Shown piece by piece: positions 49,468 through 59,317 of a DNA stretch of 64,000 bases (the first letter of the stretch is position 1; every line of letters starts with the position of its first letter). The notes under the pieces were generated by a model. The model searched no databases and was not told the DNA's origin. It was given only the letters and a program-made list of their open reading frames with translations. The DNA comes from Candidatus Bathyarchaeota archaeon (GTDB lineage Archaea > Thermoproteota > Bathyarchaeia > Bathyarchaeales > Bathycorpusculaceae). Location of the stretch: the NCBI GenBank assembly GCA_963833575.1, contig CAWHXY010000007.1, positions 544,001 through 608,000 on the forward strand, given 5' to 3'. A program made the translations under genes and the position numbers.

Positions 49468-49486
49468 TTTCTTTTTTTTGTTTTTT
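49468..49486 (+). terminator. Oligo-T terminator
   Basis: tttcttttttttgtttttt about 19 nt after the stop of the surface-protein gene. Confidence 0.6.
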
Positions 49487-49535
49487 ATCCGATAGAGTAT
49501 TAATTAGAAACAGGACTAAAAGGGCAGAAAAATAA

Positions 49536-50060
49536 TCAATCTTTTTTAGATGTTATTTTTTTGATAGCTTTAAGATAAACGTTCTTGACACCGTTATTTT
49601 TCTCTGCCTCGGCTATCTCCTGCATCTTGGGAAGAAGCATACTCTGAGCTGACGTGTTGTTTTTTGCGATTTCGCTTGTGGCAAAAGCGGCACACCATTT
49701 GACTACTGTGCTTTCGTCTTTCGTATTGATTAGTAATTTAGGAATTGCCTTCTCCGCTTCGATAGGATACTTTTTGGATAAGTTACCAATGGCTTGCGGG
49801 ATACCCCACTTCACTCTAGGCAAATCATAATTTATGTAGTCAATTAAATCGTTAATGTAGGGTGCTACTAATTCGGGATTATCAATCGATAACTGCTCTA
49901 TAATGTCGGCAGATGTTCCTTTCTCTACTTTGGAACCTGTCTTTAACAGGTTTATGACCTTAGGAAAAAGAGAGTTATCTCGAGCGATTTTTTCTGTTAA
50001 AAAAATCACAAGCTCTTTCGGTTTGCCTTTCCAACTCTTAATTTCCTCTGCGATTTCCAA
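49536..50060 (-). CDS. HEAT-repeat helical protein
   Basis: RVKW..AIGNL and VVKW..A repeats. Confidence 0.75.
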   Translation of the reverse strand: MEIAEEIKSWKGKPKELVIFLTEKIARDNSLFPKVINLLKTGSKVEKGTSADIIEQLSIDNPELVAPYINDLIDYINYDLPRVKWGIPQAIGNLSKKYPIEAEKAIPKLLINTKDESTVVKWCAAFATSEIAKNNTSAQSMLLPKMQEIAEAEKNNGVKNVYLKAIKKITSKKD

Positions 50061-50180
50061 GATAACTCGCCTGCACTATTTTATTGCAATGTGTTTATAC
50101 TTAATTTTTTTGTTCAGACTAGCTTCTAATTAGGTTAAACTTGTTTAGAGCGCAAGTTGTTAGGAAGTTTCTAATCGGCG

Positions 50181-51389
50181 TTAATGATTTGCGAGGAGAA
50201 GCGAAATTAGGTAGTTATTTTGGATCAGACCGTATTTTCCGTTTTTTGCCGATTCCTCATCAAATTTTTTGAGGTTGTCAGCTTTCAGTGATGGTGCTTT
50301 AATGGCGAAAGGTACTGGATCTCTTGTGTGTGTTCCGATTTTGACGGGTGTTGGATGGTCTGGCGATATGGCGATGGCGTAGGGCTCTTTTAAGCCGTCT
50401 AAAATTCTGCCGAGCAGTCTCTTATCCAAGTTCTCTATTGTTTTCACTTTCAAAGCGTAGTCTTTGCAGTGACCTGCTTCGTCAGGTGCTTCTACATGAA
50501 CAACAACTAAATCGTTCGTCTCAAGAGCTTTTAGGGCTGCATCTGCTTTGCCCTCATAATTAGTGTTATCTAGCCCTGTTGCGCCGGGAACATTAATGAT
50601 TTCCATACCCGCGTAAGTGCCAATTCCTTTTACCAAATCTACTGCAGAGATAACTGCGCTTTTGATTCCATACTTTTCTTTCAATGTGGGCATCGCTGGT
50701 TTTTTGCCGCCTCCCCAGAGCCAAATTAGGTTTCCTGGGTTTTTGCCTGCTTTTTCACGGGCAATGTTTACGGGGTGAGTTCCAAGGATGCCACTGGATC
50801 GGCAGATTAGTTCTCTTAGTAATCGGGTTGTTTTTTCTGCTTCGGTTGATGTGGCTTCTGGCAGAACATCTAAAACTTTTGCTCCTATAGCGTCATGGGG
50901 TGGAGTGCAGTGGATGAGTTCTGGTTTTGGAAAGTTACGCAGTATCAGAAAATGTCTGTAGTCGAGTCCTGCAAAGAATTCGATTTTGCCTAATTTTCCA
51001 AACGCTTTATTTATTGATGCGATTAGTTTGCTTGATTCTTCTGTGGTTATGTGGCTAGCAGAGTAATCAATGATAACTCCATCTTTCTCAGTTATCAAAT
51101 TGCATCTATATGCTGTATCGTTGTCTCCTAGTTTTATGCCTCTGGCTGGTGCTTCAAGTGGTCCTCTGCCCGTACAATATTTCCGTGGATCGTAACCTAG
51201 CAGTGAGCAAATTGCCGTTTCGGAGCCTGGATTGCACTCTTCAGGAACGGTTTTGATAAGTCCACTTCTACCTTTAGCTGCTATTAAATCCATATTTGGC
51301 TTATTTGCTACTTGAAGTGGCGTCTTGTTTCCTAATTCAGGAATAGGGTAATCAGACATTCCGTCGCCAATAACCATCACATACTTCAT
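50181..51389 (-). CDS. apgM: 2,3-bisphosphoglycerate-independent phosphoglycerate mutase (archaeal type)
   Basis: IGDGMSD, PGSET, TGRGPLEA, HVEAPDEAGH, DHPTP, HTRDPVP. Confidence 0.93.
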   Translation of the reverse strand: MKYVMVIGDGMSDYPIPELGNKTPLQVANKPNMDLIAAKGRSGLIKTVPEECNPGSETAICSLLGYDPRKYCTGRGPLEAPARGIKLGDNDTAYRCNLITEKDGVIIDYSASHITTEESSKLIASINKAFGKLGKIEFFAGLDYRHFLILRNFPKPELIHCTPPHDAIGAKVLDVLPEATSTEAEKTTRLLRELICRSSGILGTHPVNIAREKAGKNPGNLIWLWGGGKKPAMPTLKEKYGIKSAVISAVDLVKGIGTYAGMEIINVPGATGLDNTNYEGKADAALKALETNDLVVVHVEAPDEAGHCKDYALKVKTIENLDKRLLGRILDGLKEPYAIAISPDHPTPVKIGTHTRDPVPFAIKAPSLKADNLKKFDEESAKNGKYGLIQNNYLISLLLANH

Positions 51390-51609
51390 CTTAGTTATCT
51401 CCAGAGAACTTGTTGTTCATTAACGACCTTGGCATCCTCTTTGCTTCACAAATATCACGACCGCATATTTATCTGCTTTATTGACAAAATCACTTTTGCC
51501 GTGTAGTAAGCAAGCGGTTGTGATTGTTAACGCACTACAACAAATGTATTTATGAATTTAAAGGCTAGAAGATAAGTCAGAAATAAAAAATGAAAAGGAG
51601 ACTTTTTAA

Positions 51610-51954
51610 ATGCTTGAAGGATGGGAATGGATAATTATCGGTGTTGTTGCCATTGTCATTATTATGTGGGGTCCCGCGAAGATTCCAGAGTTTGCTAAAG
51701 CGTTAGGACGAGCCAAAGGCGAGTTTAACAAAGCGCAGAAAGAATTTACTGACGCAGCGATGAATACCACTTCTACGACTACTTCTACCTCAAGCTTTGT
51801 TGACTCTAGACCAGCACCTGTAACCACAATAAAATCAAAAGACGAAATGTTGCTTGAGACAGCTCAAAGACTCGGCATTCCAACAGATGGCAAAACCAGA
51901 GACCAGATATCCGAAGAAATATCCATAAAAGTAAAATTGCTAAGTGCGTCTTAA
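51610..51954 (+). CDS. tatA: Twin-arginine translocase TatA
   Basis: GWEWIII..WGPAKIPEFAKALGRAKGEFNK. Confidence 0.9.
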   Translation: MLEGWEWIIIGVVAIVIIMWGPAKIPEFAKALGRAKGEFNKAQKEFTDAAMNTTSTTTSTSSFVDSRPAPVTTIKSKDEMLLETAQRLGIPTDGKTRDQISEEISIKVKLLSAS

Positions 51955-52192
51955 ACTGGCTTTTTTTTGCCGTGTCTTTTCGCAACGAAAATACAGGTAA
52001 GAGGCTAAATCAATAACTAACAAATCGTGGAAACCAGAAGCCGTCTCGTAAAATAGGGCAACACTAGTCAAAGAAGGCATTGCTGATAGATTCTTTGTCT
52101 ACGTTTCTTTCTGCAAAACAGCACCAACGAGGGTTGGATACTGAGTGTTCAACTTTGAACAAGTGTCTTGATGAATATGGATTGAAAAAATT

Positions 52193-53122
52193 ATGAGTTC
52201 TGAATCTTCGTCGCCTTTTAAAAGCTGGGCTTTAAGCTTTTGGGATCATATCGATGAGTTGGTTCGCCGATTCAAAGTGGTGTTAGTTGCAATTATTATT
52301 GCTACTATAGTGGGATGGTTACCCACGAGCATAGCTGGATTAACCAATCCTATTGGCGGTTACCAGCCGCTTCTCTCACTTGTGATGCTCAGGATAAAGG
52401 CGGCTTTTCTTCCCGGTCAAGCAACTCTGATCGCCGGAGGACTGGGCGACACTGTTTACCTAATGGCGTACCTGTCCATAATCATCGGGTTGTTACTTGC
52501 TTCCCCCGTAATTTTTTATGAAGTAGTCGCTTTCATCAAACCAGCATTATATGAGAATGAAAAGAAAGTTCTAGGATATTATCTGGGATCTTTAATCGGA
52601 CTTTTGGCCTTAGGCGCAGCCATGGCATATTTTTTGATTATTCCAATATCGTTTAGAATTCTAATTTATTTTACAATGCAGGGCGGATCAGTGCCTTTCA
52701 TTTTCATCAAAGACTTCTACAGTTGGATTTTTACCCTGTTCGTTTTGTGCGGTGTTTTCTACACGATTCCGGTGTTTCTTGTTATGCTTGTGCATGTTGG
52801 AGTTTTACCTGTAAGATTTTTGAAAGGAAAAAACAAAATCATCGCCTACGTAGCAATTTTGATGGTGTTTTGGATTTTTGGTCCCGACCCAACTCCCGTT
52901 ACAGGCTTAATCATGTTGGCTCCCTTTGTTTTCGTTTTTGAAACTGCAACGTTCTTCGCGAGAAGAATTGACAGCTCACGCAAAAGAAGAAAAGAAGCAG
53001 GAACCTATGGAGCAACACCAGTAGCCCAAACCTACTTTACAAAATCCTCATGCAGATACTGTCACTCCCCAATAGAAAAAAGCACAGTCTTCTGCCCAGG
53101 GTGCAACCGATCAATAAAATAA
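52193..53122 (+). CDS. tatC: Twin-arginine translocase TatC with C-terminal zinc ribbon
   Basis: FWDHIDEL, FIKPALYENEK, PDPTPVT; CRYC..CPGC tail. Confidence 0.9.
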   Translation: MSSESSSPFKSWALSFWDHIDELVRRFKVVLVAIIIATIVGWLPTSIAGLTNPIGGYQPLLSLVMLRIKAAFLPGQATLIAGGLGDTVYLMAYLSIIIGLLLASPVIFYEVVAFIKPALYENEKKVLGYYLGSLIGLLALGAAMAYFLIIPISFRILIYFTMQGGSVPFIFIKDFYSWIFTLFVLCGVFYTIPVFLVMLVHVGVLPVRFLKGKNKIIAYVAILMVFWIFGPDPTPVTGLIMLAPFVFVFETATFFARRIDSSRKRRKEAGTYGATPVAQTYFTKSSCRYCHSPIEKSTVFCPGCNRSIK

Positions 53123-53250
53123 TTATGATTTTACCCAGATTGATACAGTAGCTTTAGATTCTACTTGATTTATGCTTTGATTTGCTTGAAGGCTGCTATT
53201 TATTTTCTAAAACTAAAAAAAAGGAAAGATGGTTTTTTTGTTTGATATTC

Positions 53251-55905
53251 TTATGGTCGTTTGCGGGTCATTAATAGCATAAGCACTGCGCCGACAATGA
53301 TTACTACGATTATTATCGCTATTGCCGAAGCTAAGATGTATGTGTCGGTGTTTGATGCTACTGGTGCTGTAGTTGGTGCTGGACTGGCTGCTGCCTGCAT
53401 AACCGTGAAGCCGTCTTCAGCGTATGATGGCCAATACCCGTTGGTTCCGTGGAATGTTGCGATGACGCTGTAGTTGCCTGAAATGTTGGGTGTCCATGTC
53501 ATTCTGTAGTTGCCGGTTGCGTCAGTTGTGGTTGTGCCTATGTTTCGATAGTTGCCGTTAGAGTCTAAAACGTCCACTGTTACGTCAACGCCTGTGAAGG
53601 TTGTTGGAAGCGCTTTTTGCTGGTAGACGTATCCCATCCAGTCTTTCATACTTGCGTCAGATGCAACTGGAACTCCGTTGGGGAAATCAGCTGCTTGCTG
53701 AGATTGCTTTGTACCAGCAGAAACATCCAAGACTGTTCCAGAGATTACAACTGGTTGCCCGAATGATAGACCACTATGAGGTACTGAAACTGTAGTAACG
53801 CTTGGTCCTCTGCCGATGCCGTAGACTTGGCAGTCATACCCATTGAACATTGTTGCATAACCGTCTGCAATAGCGGCTGTTGCAGTGTTAAATGCGCTTG
53901 TGTAACATGAAAGAGTCCAGATTTCTGTTCCGTCAGTAGCGTTGATACCGCGTGTCAATGCGCCCTTGTAAATTGGTGTAGTGACCGTGTGTTCGGTTGT
54001 AATAGTGTACAGTACTCCGTTGCCGATAGCGTATATTGTGGTGGGAAAATTGCCGCGTTGTCCGTACCCAAAGCTTGTACTGTTTCCATCGCCGCCATTA
54101 CCGTAGGTCCACAGTAGATTGCCAGTTTTTGAATCGTAGCAGTAGATTATTCCTCCGTATCCAGCACTGTAGATTTTACCGTATGCCATTATGCATCCTC
54201 CTCTTCCACCACTGTAGTATCCAAGAGTGCTATAGTATTGGAATGCAACTTGGTCGCCGACTGGACCCCAAATTTTCTGACCTGTTGCCATGCTGTATCC
54301 TACTCGTTGCATTGTTTCTTTATACGTTTCAGCAAAGACGCCGACAGTTGGGTCAGCTCCGATGTATGAAACACTGATGTTGCCTGCGGGTGGTTGAACT
54401 GTATTTGTCCATAGCATTGTACCGATTGAACCGTTAGTTGCATTGAGGTTAACTGCAAAGTAAGTGTAGGGAGACCAGCTTGTAACGGTTAGTAGACCAG
54501 GACCAGCTGGATAAATGCCGCTCATGCCAAGCAACATATCATCTTTGACGATATCCACTATGGAAGATGCTTGAGTCATAGTGTTGAGTGCGGGCATCGA
54601 AATATTCCAGTCTAATAGGCTCGGATCGCTTCCGTCAGTTATTGGTGGAACCACTGCTGGTGTTGTTGATGGACCAGAGTATGTATTGTCCCATAGTCTT
54701 GATGAATTCCATTCTTGCAGATAGTATTTCATGGGGCCAGTAGGATTGCCAAAGAAGTCGGTCGGTCCTAAGTTTACAAGAGAATAAATTAGAACTTCTC
54801 CATTTGGACCCAAAGCTGATGTTCCTGTAGGTACGTTAGTAACGTTAAACATTGGATCTCCCGTGTAGCCATCAAACGCTCGCCATGATGTGCCTGAAAC
54901 AGTAATTAGCATTGGTGGATAAGTTCCATGTTGATTGGGTTCTTGAACATCATATATGTAACCGAAAGTTGGCCATGGTACGTCACTGCGAGACCAAATG
55001 AGTTGTCCTGTTTGCAAATTGACGCATTCAGTTGGACCATAAGGATTCGGATTAAATGCTCCTGCTGTACCTCCGAAAGATAGTGGCGTAGTGAAGTAGA
55101 GCATTCCGTCCATTATTATCGGATCTTCGAATCTTTGAGCATAAGCAGAACCCTCAAAGTAAGTGGCTCCTGTTTGCTGGAAGGCGTTTCCTCCGACTAC
55201 TCCACCACTCTGAATTGGCTTAGTCCACATAATATGGCCCGTCAGAGGACCTACTGCATCGCCTGGATATCCAGTGACACCGCCTGGTCCATTATACCCT
55301 AACCAGTTTGACGAAATCGTGTACCAGTTAGGGTTCTCTCCATATATTGGACGCGTCCAATAAGCAGATGGAAGCGGATTACCAGGAATTGCAGCTATAG
55401 CTGACGACTGAACAGTAAGCGTTGTTGATGCTGAGCTAGGTAGGTAAGTGTCGTTTATATACTCACTTGGTGCAGGTGGACCAAAGAACGAAACAAGTCC
55501 AGTATATGTGTATTTGTATCCAGGGAAAGTAAAGTTAAGCGTGTAGGTACCTGTTTGGGTGGGAGTGAAAATATAGTGCTGATTTGACGTGGGATCTTGG
55601 ACAATTGGAAAAGTCTGTGTTTGTGTTGTGCCGTCAGGTGCAGTGATGAGCAGCTGGTAGTTTTGAAATCGGATGGGATTAGTTGGTTCTGCGAGATCCG
55701 GTATTTTGTCAACCCACATGTATATTATTGCCTGCTGGCCGACACCGATAGGATTAGGGACAGCCTGAACATAGGCGAAGGTTGGAATCTGCCATGGAGG
55801 GGTATGTGCACTAGCAGTTGAAACTAGCAATGTTGAAGCTGAAATCGACAGCATTAAGAATATCACAATAAAACTAGTTATAACTCTATTTTTAGCAAAT
55901 TTCAT
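53251..55905 (-). CDS. Large membrane-anchored PQQ-like beta-propeller surface protein (paralog 2)
   Basis: Same N-terminus (AHTPxWQIPTFAY) and near-identical C-terminal block (ADFPNGVPVASDASMKDWMGYVYQQK) as 46516-49449. Confidence 0.85.
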   Translation of the reverse strand: MKFAKNRVITSFIVIFLMLSISASTLLVSTASAHTPPWQIPTFAYVQAVPNPIGVGQQAIIYMWVDKIPDLAEPTNPIRFQNYQLLITAPDGTTQTQTFPIVQDPTSNQHYIFTPTQTGTYTLNFTFPGYKYTYTGLVSFFGPPAPSEYINDTYLPSSASTTLTVQSSAIAAIPGNPLPSAYWTRPIYGENPNWYTISSNWLGYNGPGGVTGYPGDAVGPLTGHIMWTKPIQSGGVVGGNAFQQTGATYFEGSAYAQRFEDPIIMDGMLYFTTPLSFGGTAGAFNPNPYGPTECVNLQTGQLIWSRSDVPWPTFGYIYDVQEPNQHGTYPPMLITVSGTSWRAFDGYTGDPMFNVTNVPTGTSALGPNGEVLIYSLVNLGPTDFFGNPTGPMKYYLQEWNSSRLWDNTYSGPSTTPAVVPPITDGSDPSLLDWNISMPALNTMTQASSIVDIVKDDMLLGMSGIYPAGPGLLTVTSWSPYTYFAVNLNATNGSIGTMLWTNTVQPPAGNISVSYIGADPTVGVFAETYKETMQRVGYSMATGQKIWGPVGDQVAFQYYSTLGYYSGGRGGCIMAYGKIYSAGYGGIIYCYDSKTGNLLWTYGNGGDGNSTSFGYGQRGNFPTTIYAIGNGVLYTITTEHTVTTPIYKGALTRGINATDGTEIWTLSCYTSAFNTATAAIADGYATMFNGYDCQVYGIGRGPSVTTVSVPHSGLSFGQPVVISGTVLDVSAGTKQSQQAADFPNGVPVASDASMKDWMGYVYQQKALPTTFTGVDVTVDVLDSNGNYRNIGTTTTDATGNYRMTWTPNISGNYSVIATFHGTNGYWPSYAEDGFTVMQAAASPAPTTAPVASNTDTYILASAIAIIIVVIIVGAVLMLLMTRKRP

Positions 55906-56885
55906 GCATTTTTTCTCCTTTTTCTATGTATTACATGTTAACGATATTTCTTTATAAGATTTTGCAAAAACGTAACAGCGTAGCTTCTTAATTAATTAAT
56001 CAGCGCCAAACAATTAACAAAAATGCATTAGTCTTAATTGAAACATTTTTTACACAATAGGCTATGAAATCATTCATAGCGCGGTTAACAGCTACAGATT
56101 CTGGTGTCGGCATCCCAAAAAACACACAAGAAAAGATGTTCACTTTAATGTTTACTATCAAGTTCACGGATCTGCTTAGTTGCTTAATAACTATTGATGG
56201 CGTACATGGATAATGCTGAAGCATTGCAGTTCTTAGAGTTGTCTGCTGAGTGCCCTAATATTGATTAAGCGGTCTTTATCTTTAGACCCGCCAACTTTAA
56301 TGCGAGTTCAAAAAGCTTATACTAGCGCGCGCACACGCGAAATTTAGACTGTCTTCTGAGGTTTCATTTATTGTTCATGAAATATGTTGATTCCCGCACT
56401 CCGCAACTTTTGGATGAAGGGGGCAAGGCAGGCAGGAGCATTGGAGCAATAGCTCGTTATAGATTGGACAAATATTTTTGCGCAGTAGATATAGCTTCTC
56501 GCCTAAAAAGCTATCGGTTATCTTCAGGCTCTCGATAACAACCTGCACAACTGGATTATTCATTTTCCTGCTTTAACGTTGCAAAATGTAAAACCAAAAT
56601 AAGCCCAATGCGCCAATATTTAACAAAATGGAACAAAAACAACCGACTTTCAACTCGATCAACCCCCTAAAACCGCAACTTTCTTGCAAAGGCGCTTTCT
56701 CAATTAGGCAAAGCAAAATAAATTATACCTTCAAATTCTTTTTTCGACATTTTATTCGGAACTAGCGGACGCTGTAAAAATTAGTGATTTTTACGTTTAA
56801 AGCGTCTTGTTCTTCGAGTTTTTGTTATATGGTTTTTAAACATGTTTAGCACCATTGTATATTTAATTGAGAGGGAACTGCATAG

Positions 56886-58064
56886 TTGAATGGGAAACCG
56901 CTTGTCAGCATTGTTAGTGCTGGAATGTCTAGGTTTGGTAGGCATGAGGGTTTGCTTGCTAGAGAAATCTTTTCTGAAGCAGCTCATGAAGCGTTTTGTC
57001 GCTGTCCCAAACTGGATCCTAAGGGCGATATCAAAGCTTTGTTTATTGGTCATATGGGTGAAGCGTATGAGCATCAGGGGCATATGGGAGCGGCTGCTGC
57101 TGACTGGGCGGGTTTAACAGGCATTCCAGCTACTCGTACTGAATCGGCTTGCGCGTCTTCGGGAGCGGCTTTGAGAGCAGGCATTTACGCTACAATGTCT
57201 GGCTTAGCTGACGTAGTTATGGTTGGCGGTGTTGAGAAGATGACTCATCGCACAACAGTTGAGGTTACTGAGTATCTGGCTATGGCATCAGATTTCCCGT
57301 TTGAGCAGTGGCACGGCATCACTTTTCCAGCCCTGTTTGCGATGATGGCGACTGCGCACATGTACAAGTATGGCACGACCGAGAAACAGATGGCTTCGGT
57401 AGCAGTTAAAAACCATTTTCACGGAAGCCTCAATCCGAAAGCTCATATGCAAAAAGAAATTACCCTAGAAGCCGCCTTATCGTCAAAATGTGTGGCTTGG
57501 CCGCTAAAACTCTACGATTGCTCTTTGATAACTGACGGCGCAAGCTGCATAATTCTAGCCAAACCCGAATTAGCTAGTAAATATACTGACATGCCAGTTC
57601 ACATAATTGGAAGCGGGCAAGCCAGCGACAGCATCGGATTATACCAACGCAAAAGCCTAACATCGCTCAACGCCACCAAGCTTGCGGCAAAAACAGCTTA
57701 TGAAATGGCAAAAACCAAACCGCAAGACATAGACTTAGCGGAAGTTCACGACTGTTTCACATTTGCAGAACTCATGGCTTATGAAGACTTAGACTTCTGC
57801 CCAGTCGGAGAAAGCGGGAAACTAATTGAAAGTGGAGAAACATGCCTCGGTGGGCGCATTCCGGTGAACACGAGCGGAGGATTAAAAGCCAAAGGTCACC
57901 CTGTCGGCGCAACCGGAACAGCACAAGCCTACGAAATATACCTCCAACTCACTGAGCAGGCAGGAAAACGCCAAGTAAAAAACGCAAAAATTGGTTTAAC
58001 GCACAATGTTGGTGGGTCAGGCGCTACCTCGGCTGTTCACATATACCGGAGAGATCTGAAATGA
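56886..58064 (+). CDS. Thiolase (archaeal acetoacetyl-CoA thiolase/SCP2-type)
   Basis: ESACASS, EVHDCF, SGGLKAKGHPVGATG. Confidence 0.92.
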   Translation: MNGKPLVSIVSAGMSRFGRHEGLLAREIFSEAAHEAFCRCPKLDPKGDIKALFIGHMGEAYEHQGHMGAAAADWAGLTGIPATRTESACASSGAALRAGIYATMSGLADVVMVGGVEKMTHRTTVEVTEYLAMASDFPFEQWHGITFPALFAMMATAHMYKYGTTEKQMASVAVKNHFHGSLNPKAHMQKEITLEAALSSKCVAWPLKLYDCSLITDGASCIILAKPELASKYTDMPVHIIGSGQASDSIGLYQRKSLTSLNATKLAAKTAYEMAKTKPQDIDLAEVHDCFTFAELMAYEDLDFCPVGESGKLIESGETCLGGRIPVNTSGGLKAKGHPVGATGTAQAYEIYLQLTEQAGKRQVKNAKIGLTHNVGGSGATSAVHIYRRDLK

Positions 58065-58459
58065 GTCAGCCAGAACCATTCACAATCGAGCAATTCTACA
58101 AATTCTTAAAGCAGCAGAAACTTATGGCTGGACAATGCATAAAATGCGGAAAAATCCATCTGCCCCCAAGACCCCTATGTGATAACTGTTTCTCTCAAGA
58201 CTTCAAATGGATCAACATATCTGGAAAAGGAAAACTACTTACATACACCATTATCTGCGTTGCACCACATCAATTCCAATCTCTAACTCCCTATGCCGTG
58301 GGAATAGTGGAACTGGAAAACGGCTTAAGAATACCAGGAATGTTACCGGGTCTGACACAGGAGCAACTAAAAATAGGCATGGAGCTTACATTGGATTTTG
58401 GATCATGCAACACAACACAGCAATGGCCCCAGTGGCAAAGATACTGCTTCAAACCCTAA
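58061..58459 (+). CDS. DUF35 Zn-ribbon/OB-fold protein
   Basis: CIKCG..PPR..CDNC, GKLLTYT; overlaps the thiolase stop. Confidence 0.9.
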   Translation: MSQPEPFTIEQFYKFLKQQKLMAGQCIKCGKIHLPPRPLCDNCFSQDFKWINISGKGKLLTYTIICVAPHQFQSLTPYAVGIVELENGLRIPGMLPGLTQEQLKIGMELTLDFGSCNTTQQWPQWQRYCFKP

Positions 58460-58582
58460 CAGTTAAACAAAATAACTGTTGTCTAACTTGTTTTGTTTTT
58501 TCACCCTTAACCGCCATCTTTATGTCAAAAAAACCTTTATTCACGATTAGATAAATAGGCTTTACTTTAGAAGCTGAATAAA

Positions 58583-59203
58583 GTGAATGAAAAATCAAAG
58601 TTGTGCCTTGTTTCTTGCAGTGTCTTAAGAGAGGAGCTTGAGCAATTAGTTAAACAAGGCGACCTTGATGCAGATCTAGTTTTTGTCAGCAAATACTTCC
58701 ATGTGGACTACGAAGCCGTAGAGAAAAACCTGCGTAAAGTTCTAGAACACACACTTAGAATCTCTAACCGAAAAGTTTTGTTGGTTTACGGCGATCTCTG
58801 CCTTGGACAAAACGACGAAATGAAAAAGCTAGCTGAGGAATATGGTGTAGTTAAAGTTGACGCTGTAAACTGTATTGATTGCCAACTTGGGGGAAAAGGA
58901 AAATTCTTTGATGTTGATCCTGAGCATAAGCTTATGTTTATGGGTCCCGGAATGATTGGTTTCTTTACGCATGCGAAGGAAACAATACTCAAAGAAGGAG
59001 TTGATGAAGAAGCATTTGCAAACATGTTCAGAGGGATTAAAGGTTTCGTAATCTTAGACACTTGCGGGAACGAAGAAAAACTTGTGTCAGAGATTAGAAA
59101 GTCAGGCATCGAACTTCCAATTCTGGAAATAAGAAAAATCGGTATCGAAGGCGTTAAGCAAGTGGTTTTTGATGCAATTGACCGGGTAAGTAGAGCCAAG
59201 TAA
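58583..59203 (+). CDS. DUF1638-family protein
   Basis: SCSVLREE, FH, LVYGDLC, NCID, ILDT. Confidence 0.8.
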   Translation: MNEKSKLCLVSCSVLREELEQLVKQGDLDADLVFVSKYFHVDYEAVEKNLRKVLEHTLRISNRKVLLVYGDLCLGQNDEMKKLAEEYGVVKVDAVNCIDCQLGGKGKFFDVDPEHKLMFMGPGMIGFFTHAKETILKEGVDEEAFANMFRGIKGFVILDTCGNEEKLVSEIRKSGIELPILEIRKIGIEGVKQVVFDAIDRVSRAK

Positions 59204-59317
59204 CTCTTTTGCAGCTTAAAAGTTAAGTAATTGATTTCTCCAAGACCGATGGTGTTACCGCAAATATTAAAGAAGCATCAGCACATATGGAAGCTATTAC
59301 TTGGATGTGCGTCTTAG

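Noticed and set aside
48900-53820. Active DNA inversion between the inverted homologous 3' ends of the surface-protein paralogs
   Set aside because: The homologous blocks differ at many synonymous positions, and no invertase is present
56375-56563. 62-aa Cys-containing ORF, possibly shifted at a G5 run
   Set aside because: No recognisable family; evidence insufficient to call a gene or a frameshift
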